This document shows, in pieces, positions 1 to 11,081 of a stretch of DNA of 64,000 bases. The notes beneath the pieces are model-generated. The model ran no database searches and had not been told where the DNA came from. It saw only the letters and a list, made by a program, of their open reading frames with translations. The stretch is from the NCBI GenBank assembly GCA_964187785.1, contig OZ076409.1, positions 44,270,001-44,334,000 on the forward strand, in the 5' to 3' direction. The translations under genes and the position numbers were made by a program. Origin of the DNA: Amphiscolops sp. MND2022 (lineage: Eukaryota). The number at the start of each line of letters is the position of its first letter. Position 1 is the first letter of the stretch.

Positions 1-757
1 ACTTCTTCGAATAACCAACACCACACAACCTATTGCATTACTTGAAACCATCAGAAGGGCAGACGTAGGCGACACAATCGTTCGCACCATAGAAGGCAAT
101 TCCATTATTTCCATTTTAGTAAGGAAGCATGAGCTGTACGGTTTCTCGCTTCTTGCCTCCAGACAAGGGTTGAAGGATGTGAAGACATTTTTGCACCAAC
201 AAACGAAGAAGCAAGTTGCAAAACAGATGGAACAGTTCCTGAAAACGATTGTCCCAGAAGCATTGAAGATCATTCAATCTGTTTTCGATAATGACACGGA
301 AGTTCTGTTGGTTCATGGTGAAATACACGCTATCAACGAGCAAGAAGAGGAAGTATCAGTCATACTTCACTTTCCGAACGATGTCGTTGACATAAACCAA
401 CCTATCGACCCGGATTCAGATTCCGAAATTGAATTCGAGACACTTTTTGACGCAAATGATACTGACAACTTTTCGGACGCCAGTACACTGCCAGCGAACG
501 ACAGTGATGCAAACGAAGAACAAACGACATTTTTTCACTTCCGAAGCCTGAGGAATTCTATTTCCGACTACTCGAGTTCCAACGAACAACCTTCAATAAG
601 TCGATCTCCATCTCCACCCCGGAGAATCGTATCTCCAACACAGCTTACCAGCCAAATCAGACAACAGACATTACCGCAAAACACTAGAACAAACAAAAGA
701 CGGATAGTGCCTTTACTTTTACATCAGAAACTTTACGAATTTGAGTCAACACCCTAG
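1..757 (+). pseudogene. Partial duplicate of the 2581-3480 ORF (truncated by the window edge)
   Basis: Near-identical to 2724-3480. Confidence 0.85.
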
Positions 758-2044
758 TTACAATAGTAGAAGCGATTGAGCATTATTATTATACATTGTG
801 TCCTTAATCAAATGCTCAATGCACTCATGTTGAAAGCGCAAAATAAATGAAACCATTCTTTCAGTTGCATAAGCGATTGAGAGCTTTACTCAAGCATTGC
901 TTCAATAATCAATCGTGCTCTGTGTTTAGTCTTCATTTTGCTGAAAAAACATGCCTTCGAACATATCCACTGGATCTTTTGGTCGCGAAAGCGATTGGAT
1001 GCAATCTTATGTCATTGCTGCCTAATCCATCGTGCGCCCTCCTCGCTTTGGTTAACAAATAAAAACAATTTCCCTTCATTCCACGAACTTCTTGCTTCTT
1101 CACGAACAACAAACACGATTCTTGCATTCTGAACTTTAAATTTTCAAACCCTTTATCTATCTTTTCCACTTACATATTTAACCACATTTCATTAAAATTC
1201 TTGGGTTCTAATTCATTTTATTATTCAATACACTTGATAAAATCTCATTTCTTTCATTAGTGTTGTTACATAAACAACTTCTATTAAACTACTCATTACC
1301 TTACAACTTTTTACAAATGACCATTCACAACTTCATTTCAACTATTTGCCTCACAATACTTTTACCGCTTAAACGTATTGAAAATTCCACTCAATCCTTC
1401 ATTGATTCGAATTAAACAATATTCGTTGTACTTTATTTCTTTGTGTATTCTTGACACCTTTTGAAATGCATCTCACAAAGACCCCTTTTCCAATGAACTG
1501 GAATTGTCTATATAACGAGACCGTTTATGCCATCAGAAGTATTCGCCTACTCAACCAAAATATCGAACTCACATTACATAACGCCCAAGTAGTAGACTTT
1601 TAATATATGAGCCCACGTTGGATCGAATTCACTTTGTATTTGCATTCAACTAACTTCCGCAAACCAGCCTTCAACATGTGGGTAGAAGTCCGCTTTCAAA
1701 CTTTCCAGTTTGAGCTCATGAAAATGTATTAAGCCCCAACTAATTTTATCCGTGCTGCACAATCCGGGACCGAATAAAATGAGCGAGTGCTCACCCCGCC
1801 CTGCTGTGGCATCCCTGGCTAGACCCAATGAAAGAATAGTCAGGCTCGAAACCAATTTTACACGAAAGGGTAAAAATTACTTTAATAATTACAGCCCGCC
1901 TCATACTACAAATACTCCCAACCGCCAGTACTAACTCCCAGACAGCCGAAACGAAACAGGGTGTCATCTTCAACTTGGAACAACAAATATTGCTCACCGA
2001 AAAATTTGTGAAAGTTCGACATTCTTTTCTTTTTCCTTCATACG

Positions 2045-2572
2045 AAACCGAAATGGCTACCGCTTTATCGTGTTGAAAACGTTCTCACCAACTCGAACTA
2101 CATTGTCCGCAAAGTTGTCACCAACGAAACTCAATGCTTGCACCGAATGCGTCTTAGACCTTGTCAACCTCAATTTGATGTCGAAGACTAGCCGTGTATT
2201 AATGAGCAAAATTTCGCTCCGGATGGCCCTTTGACGAATGAAAATACAGAAACTGAGTTTTTCGACAATGCAATAGTTCAACATATCTTCCAGCAACGGA
2301 AGACAGCTTCTGATCCAGGAATTAACAAAAACAGTCAATTTTCCTCGGAACGTAGTGTCATCACCTTCCAACCTGATTCTTTACCAACAAGTCCTATCGA
2401 AACAACATCAGAACCAACCTTTCACGACTCCATTGACCGTGAATCTTTTGTGGTGGAAGGACATGTCCCAACTCTGATGGAAGACGGCCCGAAGTCATCG
2501 ACACTACCGATTATCGTATTGACAACCCGGACGAAACTTCTTCCGATGATGCGAGATATGGCGCCACTCTGA
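2045..2572 (+). pseudogene. Gypsy integrase C-terminal (GPY/F-type) region plus low-complexity tail
   Basis: Translates KPKWLPLYRVENVLTNSNYIVRKVVTNETQCLHRMRLRP, aligning with RWVGLFIVQKVLPNENYIVRRLNTNIT*NLHRIRI at ~63265. In frame with ORF 2231-2572 across one TAG. Confidence 0.85.
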
Positions 2573-2580
2573 GGTACGCG

Positions 2581-3480
2581 TTGCGACGCGACGATCGTTT
2601 CGCCCTAGCAAGACAGTTCTCAATGTATATCTCTATCAGTCACCTGCAGCAACATTTGGAGTCAACATGCAACCCAACGTTTGAGACTGTCTTTTGCATA
2701 TCGCAATGTTTAGCATTGGAGCAACTTCTTCGAATAACCAACACCACACAACCTATTGCATTACTTGAAACCATCAGAAGGGCAGACGTAGGCGACACAA
2801 TCGTTCGCACCATAGAAGGCAATTCCATTATTTCCATTTTAGTAAGGAAGCATGAGCTGGACGGTTTCTCGCTTCTTGCCTCCAGACAAGGGTTGAAGGA
2901 TGTGAAGACATTTTTGCACCAACAAACGAAGAAGCAAGTTGCAAAACAGATGGAACAGTTCCTGAAAACGATTGTCCCAGAAGCATTGAAGATCATTCAA
3001 TCTGTTTTCGATAATGACACGGAAGTTCTGTTGGTTCATGGTGAAATACACGCTATCAACGAGCAAGAAGAGGAAGTATCAGTCATACTTCACTTTCCGA
3101 ACGATGTCGTTGACATAAACCAACCTATCGACCCGGATTCAGATTCCGAAATTGAATTCGAGACACTTTTTGACGCAAATGATACTGACAACTTTTCGGA
3201 CGCCAGTACACTGCCAGCGAACGACAGTGATGCAAACGAAGAACAAACGACATTTTTTCACTTCCGAAGCCTGAGGAATTCTATTTCCGACTACTCGAGT
3301 TCCAACGAACAACCTTCAATAAGTCGATCTCCATCTCCACCCCGGAGAATCGTATCTCCAACACAGCTTACCAGCCAAATCAGACAACAGACATTACCGC
3401 AAAACACTAGAACAAACAAAAGACGGATAGTGCCTTTACTTTTACATCAGAAACTTTACGAATTTGAGTCAACACCCTAG
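2581..3480 (+). CDS. Retroelement accessory ORF or frameshifted pol extension: degenerate TARG1/OARD1-like macrodomain, then acidic and Ser/Pro/Arg-rich tail
   Basis: 299-aa ORF. The pattern TVFCISQCLAL...VGDTIVRTIEGNSIISILVRK...GLKDVKTFL...IIQSVFDNDTEVLLV resembles TARG1-class macrodomains, but the Gly-rich ligand loops are not recognisable. Confidence 0.45.
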   Translation: MRRDDRFALARQFSMYISISHLQQHLESTCNPTFETVFCISQCLALEQLLRITNTTQPIALLETIRRADVGDTIVRTIEGNSIISILVRKHELDGFSLLASRQGLKDVKTFLHQQTKKQVAKQMEQFLKTIVPEALKIIQSVFDNDTEVLLVHGEIHAINEQEEEVSVILHFPNDVVDINQPIDPDSDSEIEFETLFDANDTDNFSDASTLPANDSDANEEQTTFFHFRSLRNSISDYSSSNEQPSISRSPSPPRRIVSPTQLTSQIRQQTLPQNTRTNKRRIVPLLLHQKLYEFESTP

Positions 3481-4173
3481 TTACAATAGTAGAAGCGATT
3501 GAGCATTATTATTATACATTGTGTCCTTAATCAAATGCTCAATGCACTCATGTTGAAAGCGCAAAATAAATGAAACCATTCTTTCAGTTGCATAAGCGAT
3601 TGAGAGCTTTACTCAAGCATTGCTTCATTAATCAATCGTGCTCTGTGTTTAGTCTTCATTTTGCTGAAAAAACATGCCTTCGAACATATCCACTGGATCC
3701 TTTGGTCGCGAAAGCGATTGGATGCAATCTTATGTCATTGCTGCCTAATCCATCGTGCGCCCTCCTCGCTTTGGTTAACAAAGAAAAACAATTTCCCTTC
3801 ATTCCACGAACTTCTTGCTTCTTCACGAACAACAAACACGATTCTTGCATTCTGAACTTTAAATTTTCAAACCCTTTATCTATCTATTCCACTTACATAT
3901 TTAACCACATTTCATTAAAATTCTTGGTTTCTAATTCATTTTATTATTCATTACACTTGATAAAATCTCATTTCTTTCATTAGTGTTGTTACATAAACAA
4001 CTTCTATTAAACTACTCATTACCTTAAAACTTTTTACAAATGACCATTCACAACTTCATTTCAACTATTTGCCTCACAATACTTTTACCGCTTAAACGTA
4101 TTGAAAATTCCACTCAATCCTTCATTGATTCGAATTAAACAATATTCGTTGTACTTTATTTCTTTGTGTATTC

Positions 4174-4455
4174 TTGACACCTTTTGAAATGCATCTCACA
4201 AAGACCCCTTTTCCAATGAACTGGAATTGTCTATATAACGAGACCGTTTATGCCATCAGAAGTATTCGCCTACTCAACCAAAATATCGAACTCACATTAC
4301 ATAACGCCCAAGTAGTAGACTTTGAATATATGAGCCCACGATGGATTGAATTCACTTTGTATTTGCATTCAACTAACTTCCGCAAACCAGCCTTCAACAT
4401 GTGGGTAGAAGTCCGCTTTCAAACTTTCCAGTTTGAGCTCATGAAAATGTATTAA
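4174..4455 (+). CDS. Small ORF of unknown function upstream of env
   Basis: 93-codon ORF (first ATG a few codons in) with protein-like composition; the duplicate copy carries a GAA>TAA stop at 1601. Confidence 0.35.
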   Translation: MTPFEMHLTKTPFPMNWNCLYNETVYAIRSIRLLNQNIELTLHNAQVVDFEYMSPRWIEFTLYLHSTNFRKPAFNMWVEVRFQTFQFELMKMY

Positions 4456-4589
4456 GCCCCAACTAATTTTATCCGTGCTGCACAATCCGGGACCGAATAA
4501 AATGAGCGAGTGCTCACCCCGCCCTGCTGTGGCATCCCTGGCTAGACCCAATGAAAGAATAGTCAGGCTCGAAACCAATTTTACACGAA

Positions 4590-6838
4590 ATGGTAAAAAT
4601 TACTTTAATAATTACAGCCCGCCTCATACTACAAATACTCCCAACCGCCAGTACTAACTCCCAGACAACCGAAACGAAACAGGGTGTCATCTTCAACTTG
4701 GAACAACAAATATTGCTCACCGAAAAATTTGTGAAAGTTCGACATTCTTTTCTTTTTCCTTCATACGAAGCTGTCATTGAACAGCGCTATAAGGACCTTT
4801 CGAACGAAATTGAACAAATATGGACATATAAAAACTACGGCTGTCCGTTGAATTTTGCCAATCTCGAGGACCACTCTTACGGTCTAAGATGGATCACCCA
4901 TGAGGTATTACAGCAAAACAAGGAAGCACAGGGCGGCATAAAAAACCTGGCTGACGAAATTGGGAGCCTGTTGAGACACTCGGGGACTGACTCTGCCCAA
5001 CTACATAGGTAGACGAGGGGTTTACCTGCAATATTGGATGGTGCCGCTGCAGTTCGAGGCGTGGGCATTGCCGGTTCAAAGGTTGTTTGTGTACTGAAGA
5101 CATTATTTGGTGGATACAATGATGGCAGGATCAAACAAAATCAGAAGAACATTGACGCGGCATATCAGTACATGAACATCATCACTGATGAAGTCAAAAC
5201 TATAACGAGTGAGCAAAATGATAATTTTTTTACGGTCGCGGGGGAGTTACGTGATGTTCGAGCAAAGCAACAGGTCATTATTGACACACAAAACAAAAAC
5301 AGGGAGGCAGCTTGGAAACATTTCGCTATCACTTGCAATAATACCAATGAAATGCGAAATTGTTTACAATATCTCTTTACTCGCCAGCAGACCGGACATC
5401 ACTCAATCATGTTACAAAGTATTTTTCAAACCTTATACACCAACATTAAAAGTCGCCGGGCAGCCTGTATGCTTTTCGAATCAACGTCCTAAATGCTCTT
5501 GCACCACTCATCAACCAGTATTTGCCCATCTCTTTGGTTCCTCGAGAACAATTGAGACATATCCTGACCACTTTTCATCTTGGCGAATCCGGAAATGCTG
5601 ATCGCTTAACTTTGGCTATACCACCACAGGAAATTCTTTCATGTTACGAATCAAAACTTGTTACGAATGTTCTACCTACAAAGCCTGGTTTAATGCTTAC
5701 ACTTGCGATCCCAATGGCATCAAGAACTACTGTGCTAAATGTTTTACACATAATACCAATACCGATGCATGATGGACAGTCGGGGAGACCCGAAGCAAAA
5801 TACCTCGCCATTTCGATGGATAATCAGTTACTTGCTCTCATCAACGACGAAGATCTTGACTTGTGCATCGGTTCAACAAGGTATTCAATTTGCACCAACG
5901 CCATTCCTAACGTTACGTCTAAACATTCATGTCTGGCCACTTTGTTTTTTCACAGTGACCACATGATGGCAATCGAAAGGTGCAAGATGGATATTATCCA
6001 ACTGCCGAGGGTAGAAAAAGCGAAAAACATCGGCTTTGGACGTTGGCTCATAATGGCAGCTTTTTCGAAGTGCAAGTTGGCGGAAACTGCCAGTAATGGC
6101 AGCAATCCGTTAGAAAAAATCGAGCACCCTGGTTGCAGGGTTTGCATTTTAACATTGGCATGCGGGCAACAACTGGCAGGAGATAACATCAGACTACGCT
6201 TTGACTTATTAGCTTGTGCGTTATTACCAAATATTCGTTTGGACGTGACCTTACCCGATCCTTTAGCAAGCATTTTCGAACTGATTCCTCCACTGGAAGA
6301 ATTACCACACTTCAGTTCGATCGCGGAAGCGCAACCGCAAGCCTTTGATGACATTCAACCGAAATTTCAATTCCTGGAAACTTCCGCACCGGATCAGGAA
6401 GCTTTAAAAAAACTGGCTGCACCTATTGCTTCAAAATTACGCCCTATGAAGCCTGAATTTGTTGCAAAGTTTGGGCAGTACATTCCCTGGAAATGGTCTT
6501 TGTGTTTTGGGTTATTGTCTTTCTTCATTAGCATCGCACTTCGTTGGGGCTATTCGCATCTTATCCATAAATGGAATAAAATACACAAAAGAGTTCCTTT
6601 TCGAACATTACATGAGGGGCGTAAAATCAAAACTTTGCCGGTATCTGTAGTCAAACCTGAAGACTATGATTTTATCCAAGCACATCCTGATCACCCATTA
6701 CATAAATGTGCATTAGTCCTACCCTTGGAAATTCAATCCGATTTCAATGAAACAGCAGACAAAAAGTCCACTTATACATTCCTGAGGCAGTATTCACCGA
6801 GGCTGAGAAAACAAGATCAAGAAGCCACTGAGCTCTAA
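4590..6838 (+). pseudogene. env: Envelope (class I fusion, F-protein-like) gene, disrupted
   Basis: Hydrophobic N-terminus; R-*-T-R|GLPAILDGAAAVRGVGIAG is a furin-type site plus fusion peptide (TAG at 5010-5012); heptad-like region; LTLAIP...LHIIPIPM; Cys-rich block; C-terminal TM WSLCFGLLSFFISIAL. A 1-nt frameshift near 5465 joins ORFs 5034-5492 and 5522-6838. Confidence 0.8.
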
Positions 6839-6839
6839 T

Positions 6840-6845
6840 TTTATT
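6840..6845 (-). promoter_or_regulatory. Candidate polyadenylation signal (AATAAA) for the JmjC transcript
   Basis: TTTATT on + strand, ~66 nt past the JmjC stop and right after the env stop. Confidence 0.4.
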
Positions 6846-6911
6846 CACGGTCCACTTTGCATGCAGGAAGAAAACAGAAAAATACACGAAATTCAAAACA
6901 AAAAAGTGTAC

Positions 6912-8135
6912 TTAGTCTGATTCCACGAAGCACCTGTTACAACGCTTCCTTTTCTTCGATTTTTCACTGCTGTTGATGGGTTGAATCTCGTCTGGAGTCG
7001 TTTCAAAGCCTCTGCGGAAATCACAGCGCATGGAACGCATCAATCGTTCCCGGTCGACACCCTCAATCCATCCGATGTACCCAGGCAGAAAGGTCCAGCA
7101 ACTTTGATCGCCACCGGGGGGCATGGTAACAACCAGATGAACTGACCCAGCAGGCAGCAACACAGTCTCTTCGGGTCTCTGCAGGCACCAGCGGAACCCA
7201 TTGTACCGTCTCTGAGGTCCACTTGAGAGGAAATCTAGAAAAGAATTGAGAGTGAGGAAGGAGTTCACGCGAGACGGGCAGTCCTCTCACAATTGGTGGT
7301 TAACCATAACTTGAGAAAAAAACAAAATTTCTTGTACTGACCTGTTGGTCGTGTCTGCTCTTTTTAGAAATACACAAAAACCGAACCTTTTGACCATCAC
7401 CAGAACACTGCAGTTGACTAACACTCTCACCCATTGCTGGTTCGAAATGGGAGGCAGTATACCACCAGCCTCTTGTCGCAGTGAAACTTCTTTCCTGTGA
7501 CCCTCCGAAATTCTGGTACTGGAACATGTCCTTTCCAGCGGGCAGGTAACTTTCAAGGAAGATGGTTGAACCAGGCAGCACAGGGCACGCTCGCTCTCCC
7601 TTGTCTTCTTCTACAATGACCTTGTTCAGAATCTTCCGTCGGGTGAGATTCTTTTCTTTTGATAGTTTTTCAAGATCTGGCGAAGGCTGAATAACATTCC
7701 CTCCGATCACCTTCGTTGGAGCACTTGGGAAACATGGTAATTCTTCCCCTTCTTGCAACGTGACAAGGTCAAAAGAGGGAAGATGCAGACGGAACATAGC
7801 AGAATCCTCACGTAAGAACTCCCAAATGTCTTCAATGCGTTTTGGATTGAAGTTATGCAACGCACCATCCTGTTCTGAGAACTGAGATGCGTCAGTAACG
7901 CTGTAAGAAAAGAACAAAATGATGAAATTCGCAACTTTCAAAGTGAACGCCCTTCAATCTGACTCTACATATGACTTTGAAAATTAGTTCACAAAAATCT
8001 CCGAACGAAACTCTTTATGCTATGGAACCATATTTTTGAGTTTCATCCTAGATGTTTCCCAAAACTCGAAAAGAAATGAACAACTCACTTGAACAACTTC
8101 ATCGCGGTGTGCCCTGTAATCGCGGGAAGCAGCAT
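6912..8135 (-). pseudogene. Spliced JmjC-domain Fe(II)/2-oxoglutarate dioxygenase-like gene (exons ~8135 or 8102-8089, 7900-7387, 7309-6912; one frameshift near 7269)
   Basis: WYTASHFE (T-x-x-H-x-E; HFE at 7449-7441). Removing GT-AG intron 7386-7310 creates GQK|LWL. CLQRPEETVLLPAGSVHLVVT supplies the distal His (7139-7137). C-terminal KSKKRKR. Upstream intron 8088-7901 has GTGAGT and a long pyrimidine tract ending CAG, in phase. Confidence 0.78.
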
Positions 8136-8360
8136 CAGCAATACAATACGTACTAGTCATTGTTAAAGCAGTTTGGATTAATGCAATGCAGAGCGTGGCA
8201 GTATGCATTCATATCCTGAAAAGGTAGTACTGGGCTGTAGCGATACCTATTCCAATCGCGCTAAGCCTTCATTACTCATTCAACTTCACGTGAACCCAAC
8301 ATACAGTGATGCAAAACAACAAAATGTAAGCGACAAAATCAACTAAACAAGTCATCTAAA

Positions 8361-8717
8361 CTAAACAAGAAAATGATGTTCGGTGACAACTGCATCATTT
8401 TGAATCTTGTTCTGGCCAATTCGAGGTCGACTTCGTTGAAGCGGGGCCTTCAGCAAAAATAGGGCGACAAGCCAGCCTGCTTTGGCGACATCGCTTCCCG
8501 CTTCAACTCCAGCAGTTGTAACTGGCGGGCACAAATCGCCCCATTCATCAACATAGGAGGTTCGAACACCGTCCCTGAGGAGAAACGTTCCATTTGGACA
8601 ACATATGGCTTCCAAACAACCCTCAGCGTCAACCTTGACTTTCACGCAAGCAAACGCCACACAACAGAAAACCAACATCAGCAAAACTTTAGTATTGCGT
8701 GTTCTGAGATTCTCCAT
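8361..8717 (-). CDS. Small Cys-rich protein with signal-peptide-like N-terminus and a second short hydrophobic segment
   Basis: 118-aa ATG ORF: VLLMLVFCCVAFAC; GCLEAICCPNG...DLCP; AGWLVALFLL. A recognisable paralogue lies at 9.75-10.13 kb. Confidence 0.55.
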   Translation of the reverse strand: MENLRTRNTKVLLMLVFCCVAFACVKVKVDAEGCLEAICCPNGTFLLRDGVRTSYVDEWGDLCPPVTTAGVEAGSDVAKAGWLVALFLLKAPLQRSRPRIGQNKIQNDAVVTEHHFLV

Positions 8718-9751
8718 ACCCCTATAAACTTTGTCAATTTATGGGTTCATGACCGAAAAACAAACAAGAGGTCATGTTCGTAAAAGCAAAAACCCAGTAG
8801 CAAAGAAAATTGCTTATCCCTTCATCCGAACAAAGTGAGTCCTCAAACAATCCCGAAAATTCAACTTCAAATATTCAAAAACCAATTACTGGAGCCAATG
8901 CCCTCAAACAAATCTTTTTATGTGCATTTCTATTCCAAAAACTCATTACCGAAATTGACTGGAATCAGCAAAGTTGATCGAAGAAGGAAGAAAATTGAAA
9001 GAAATCATTACTTTAAAAACCAAAACCCATTTGTGAATCTCCACATCTCATTATTCAAAGTATATTCAAATGACCTAAAAGTTTTTGGGAAACAAAAAAA
9101 TGAGATTTTCTTTTCGACTGAATGAAGCCAATTGTGCTGAAAAGTTTTCGCCTAGTTTAAAAATCTTTGACCGAAACCAAAATCTCGAAAAAAACTACTC
9201 TAAAAAGCATATGCATGCTCCCATGACTTCCAGGTGGACTGTGACACAATTCAAAACTTTTGCAGAAAAGTTCAAATTCGCTAGATGGTACCGCTTTTTC
9301 AAAAAACTGCCCGACTGTGATATTCATCATGAGAGAGAGAGCGAAAGAGAGAGAGAAGAAACCAACTGATGAGAGAGAAAAACGAGATTAAATTATTTCT
9401 CCTCCTAATATAAATCAATGTTCATCCATTATTTGTCATTGTCTGAAATAAAACATCAATAAATGAATGGAACCTAAACGCTTTAGCCTAGAAAACCACT
9501 CGAGCTACTTTAAATCACGGAGTCATCAATACAGTAGGTAGTGTTCATTTTTGCAACACACTGCAAAGATGTCAATGAGTGACGCATGAGTTCCCATTCC
9601 AACCATAAAATGCCCATGCAGCGCTGTAGTAGAAGCCAATCCAAATGCGACAAGACTCTATTTCTCATCCAACCTCAAGTGAACTCAACCTACAGTGAAA
9701 TAATATACCAAAATCAAACTACAACAAAATGAACTAAACTATTCACCTAAA

Positions 9752-10126
9752 CTAAACAAGGAAATGAAGTTCGTTAGCAACCGCATTACCCCGAATCTCC
9801 TTGTTTTGCCACATTCCAGGGTGACGTCACTTCATTGGAGCAGGGCATCCAGCAAAATTAGGCGACCAGTCGGCCTGCTCTGACGACACCGCTACCAACA
9901 CCAACTGCAGCAGTTATACTTGGGGCAAAATGTATCGGGCACATATCGCCGCATCCTTCCACATAGGAGGTGCGAATGCCGTTCTTGAACAGAAACGTTC
10001 CTTTTTGACACAAATGACTTCCAAACGACCCTCAGAGTCGACCTTGACCTCCACTAAGCAAACATTATACAACAAAAAACCGACATCAACAAAACTTTAA
10101 GCATTGCCTGTTCCAAAAATTTCCTT
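9752..10126 (-). pseudogene. Decayed paralogue of the 8361-8717 protein
   Basis: Translates KVLLMSVFCCIMFA* and GTFLFKNGIRTSYVEGCGDMCP (vs GTFLLRDGVRTSYVDEWGDLCP), with frameshifts and stops. Confidence 0.75.
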
Positions 10127-11014
10127 TTCCGTTACGAGTTTTGCAAAATTTTGGGTTCATGACTGAACAAAAACTAGAGCTCATATTCACAAATGATACA
10201 ACTTGTTAGCGAAGAAAATTGCTTAACTTTTGTCCAAACAAATTAGTCCTCAAATAATACAGAAAACCTCAACTTCAGCTTCATAAAAACCAAATATTGT
10301 AGCCGATGCTCTCAAACAAATATCTGAATCTGCATTCCGATTCCAAAAACCTATTACCGAAGAGGACTGTACTCAGAAACGTTGATTAAGGAAGGAGCAA
10401 AATTGAACAAAATCATCACTTCTGAAACAACAACACAATTAGTGCATCTTCATATCTCATTATTCAAAGTATATTCATTCGACTCAATAGTTTTTGGACT
10501 GTGCTAGTTGAACTTTTTCGTATTGATAACAAAATCCCCATAAAAACATACGTCCAAGCTCCCATGACTTTCAGATGAACTGTGACTAATCTCAAAAAAA
10601 ATTGTGAAATAATGGTTCAAATTCCCTAGTTGTTACCGCTTTTCCGACAAATTGCCCGACTGTAATCTTCATCATGCCTTGTAATGATTCGGACGAAGAT
10701 ATTCAGACACAATTAGTGTTCTCAAACAAGACTGGACAAAAAACTCTGGAAACATGCAAACAACCAACAAAAAACAGAAGAAATCAATTCTCAAAAGAAA
10801 AGGGGGAGTTCGTCTGAAAAGAGAGAAAACGAAATAATGAAAATTGTGAAGTATTTCAACTTATATTATGTATCAAGGTTCATTTATTATTTTGTCAATA
10901 TGTGATATAGAATACCGAAAAATGAATTGAACGTAAATGCTTTCGCCTGGAAGAACAATCTGTCCTACTTTAAAAGAGTACAAAAAAATGAGCGACACTT
11001 TTTTTTGAAGAGAC

Positions 11015-11034
11015 AGCGAAAGAAAGAGAAAGAG

Positions 11035-11065
<31 letters not shown>

Positions 11066-11081
11066 TAGAGGGGGAGAGAGA
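11015..11081 (+). repeat. (GA)n microsatellite (a shorter one at ~9331-9358)
   Basis: Visible dinucleotide run. Confidence 0.9.

Larger units (their letters stand above)
1..4769 (+). repeat. Tandem duplication, period 2,723 bp (1-2046 matches 2724-4769)
   Basis: Direct comparison shows constant offset 2723 (ORF ends 757 vs 3480) and about 13 substitutions counted by eye. Identity breaks at 2047 vs 4770. Confidence 0.97.
1..6838 (+). mobile_element. 3' portion of a decayed env-bearing Gypsy/Ty3 (Metaviridae-like) retroelement; 5' part lies outside the window
   Basis: Integrase C-terminal peptide at 2045-2190, homologous to that of the Gypsy element at ~63260, is followed by extra ORFs and an env-like gene at 4590-6838. 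No 3' LTR identified; the element may extend to ~8.7-11 kb if the antisense genes belong to it. Confidence 0.8.
8234..10975 (+). repeat. Old, diverged tandem duplication (~8234-9515 vs ~9622-10975)
   Basis: Colinear similarity throughout, e.g. CATATCTCATTATTCAAAGTATATTCA, GCTCCCATGACTT, TGCCCGACTGT..TTCATCATG. The second copy has extra sequence at ~10677-10820. Confidence 0.85.

Noticed and set aside
10793..10808. AAAAGAAAAGGGGGAG resembles a retroviral polypurine tract that could mark the 3' LTR of the env element
   Set aside because: Not followed by a TG-started LTR with a matching CA end that I can define, and it lies in GA-rich sequence, so it is not enough to call.
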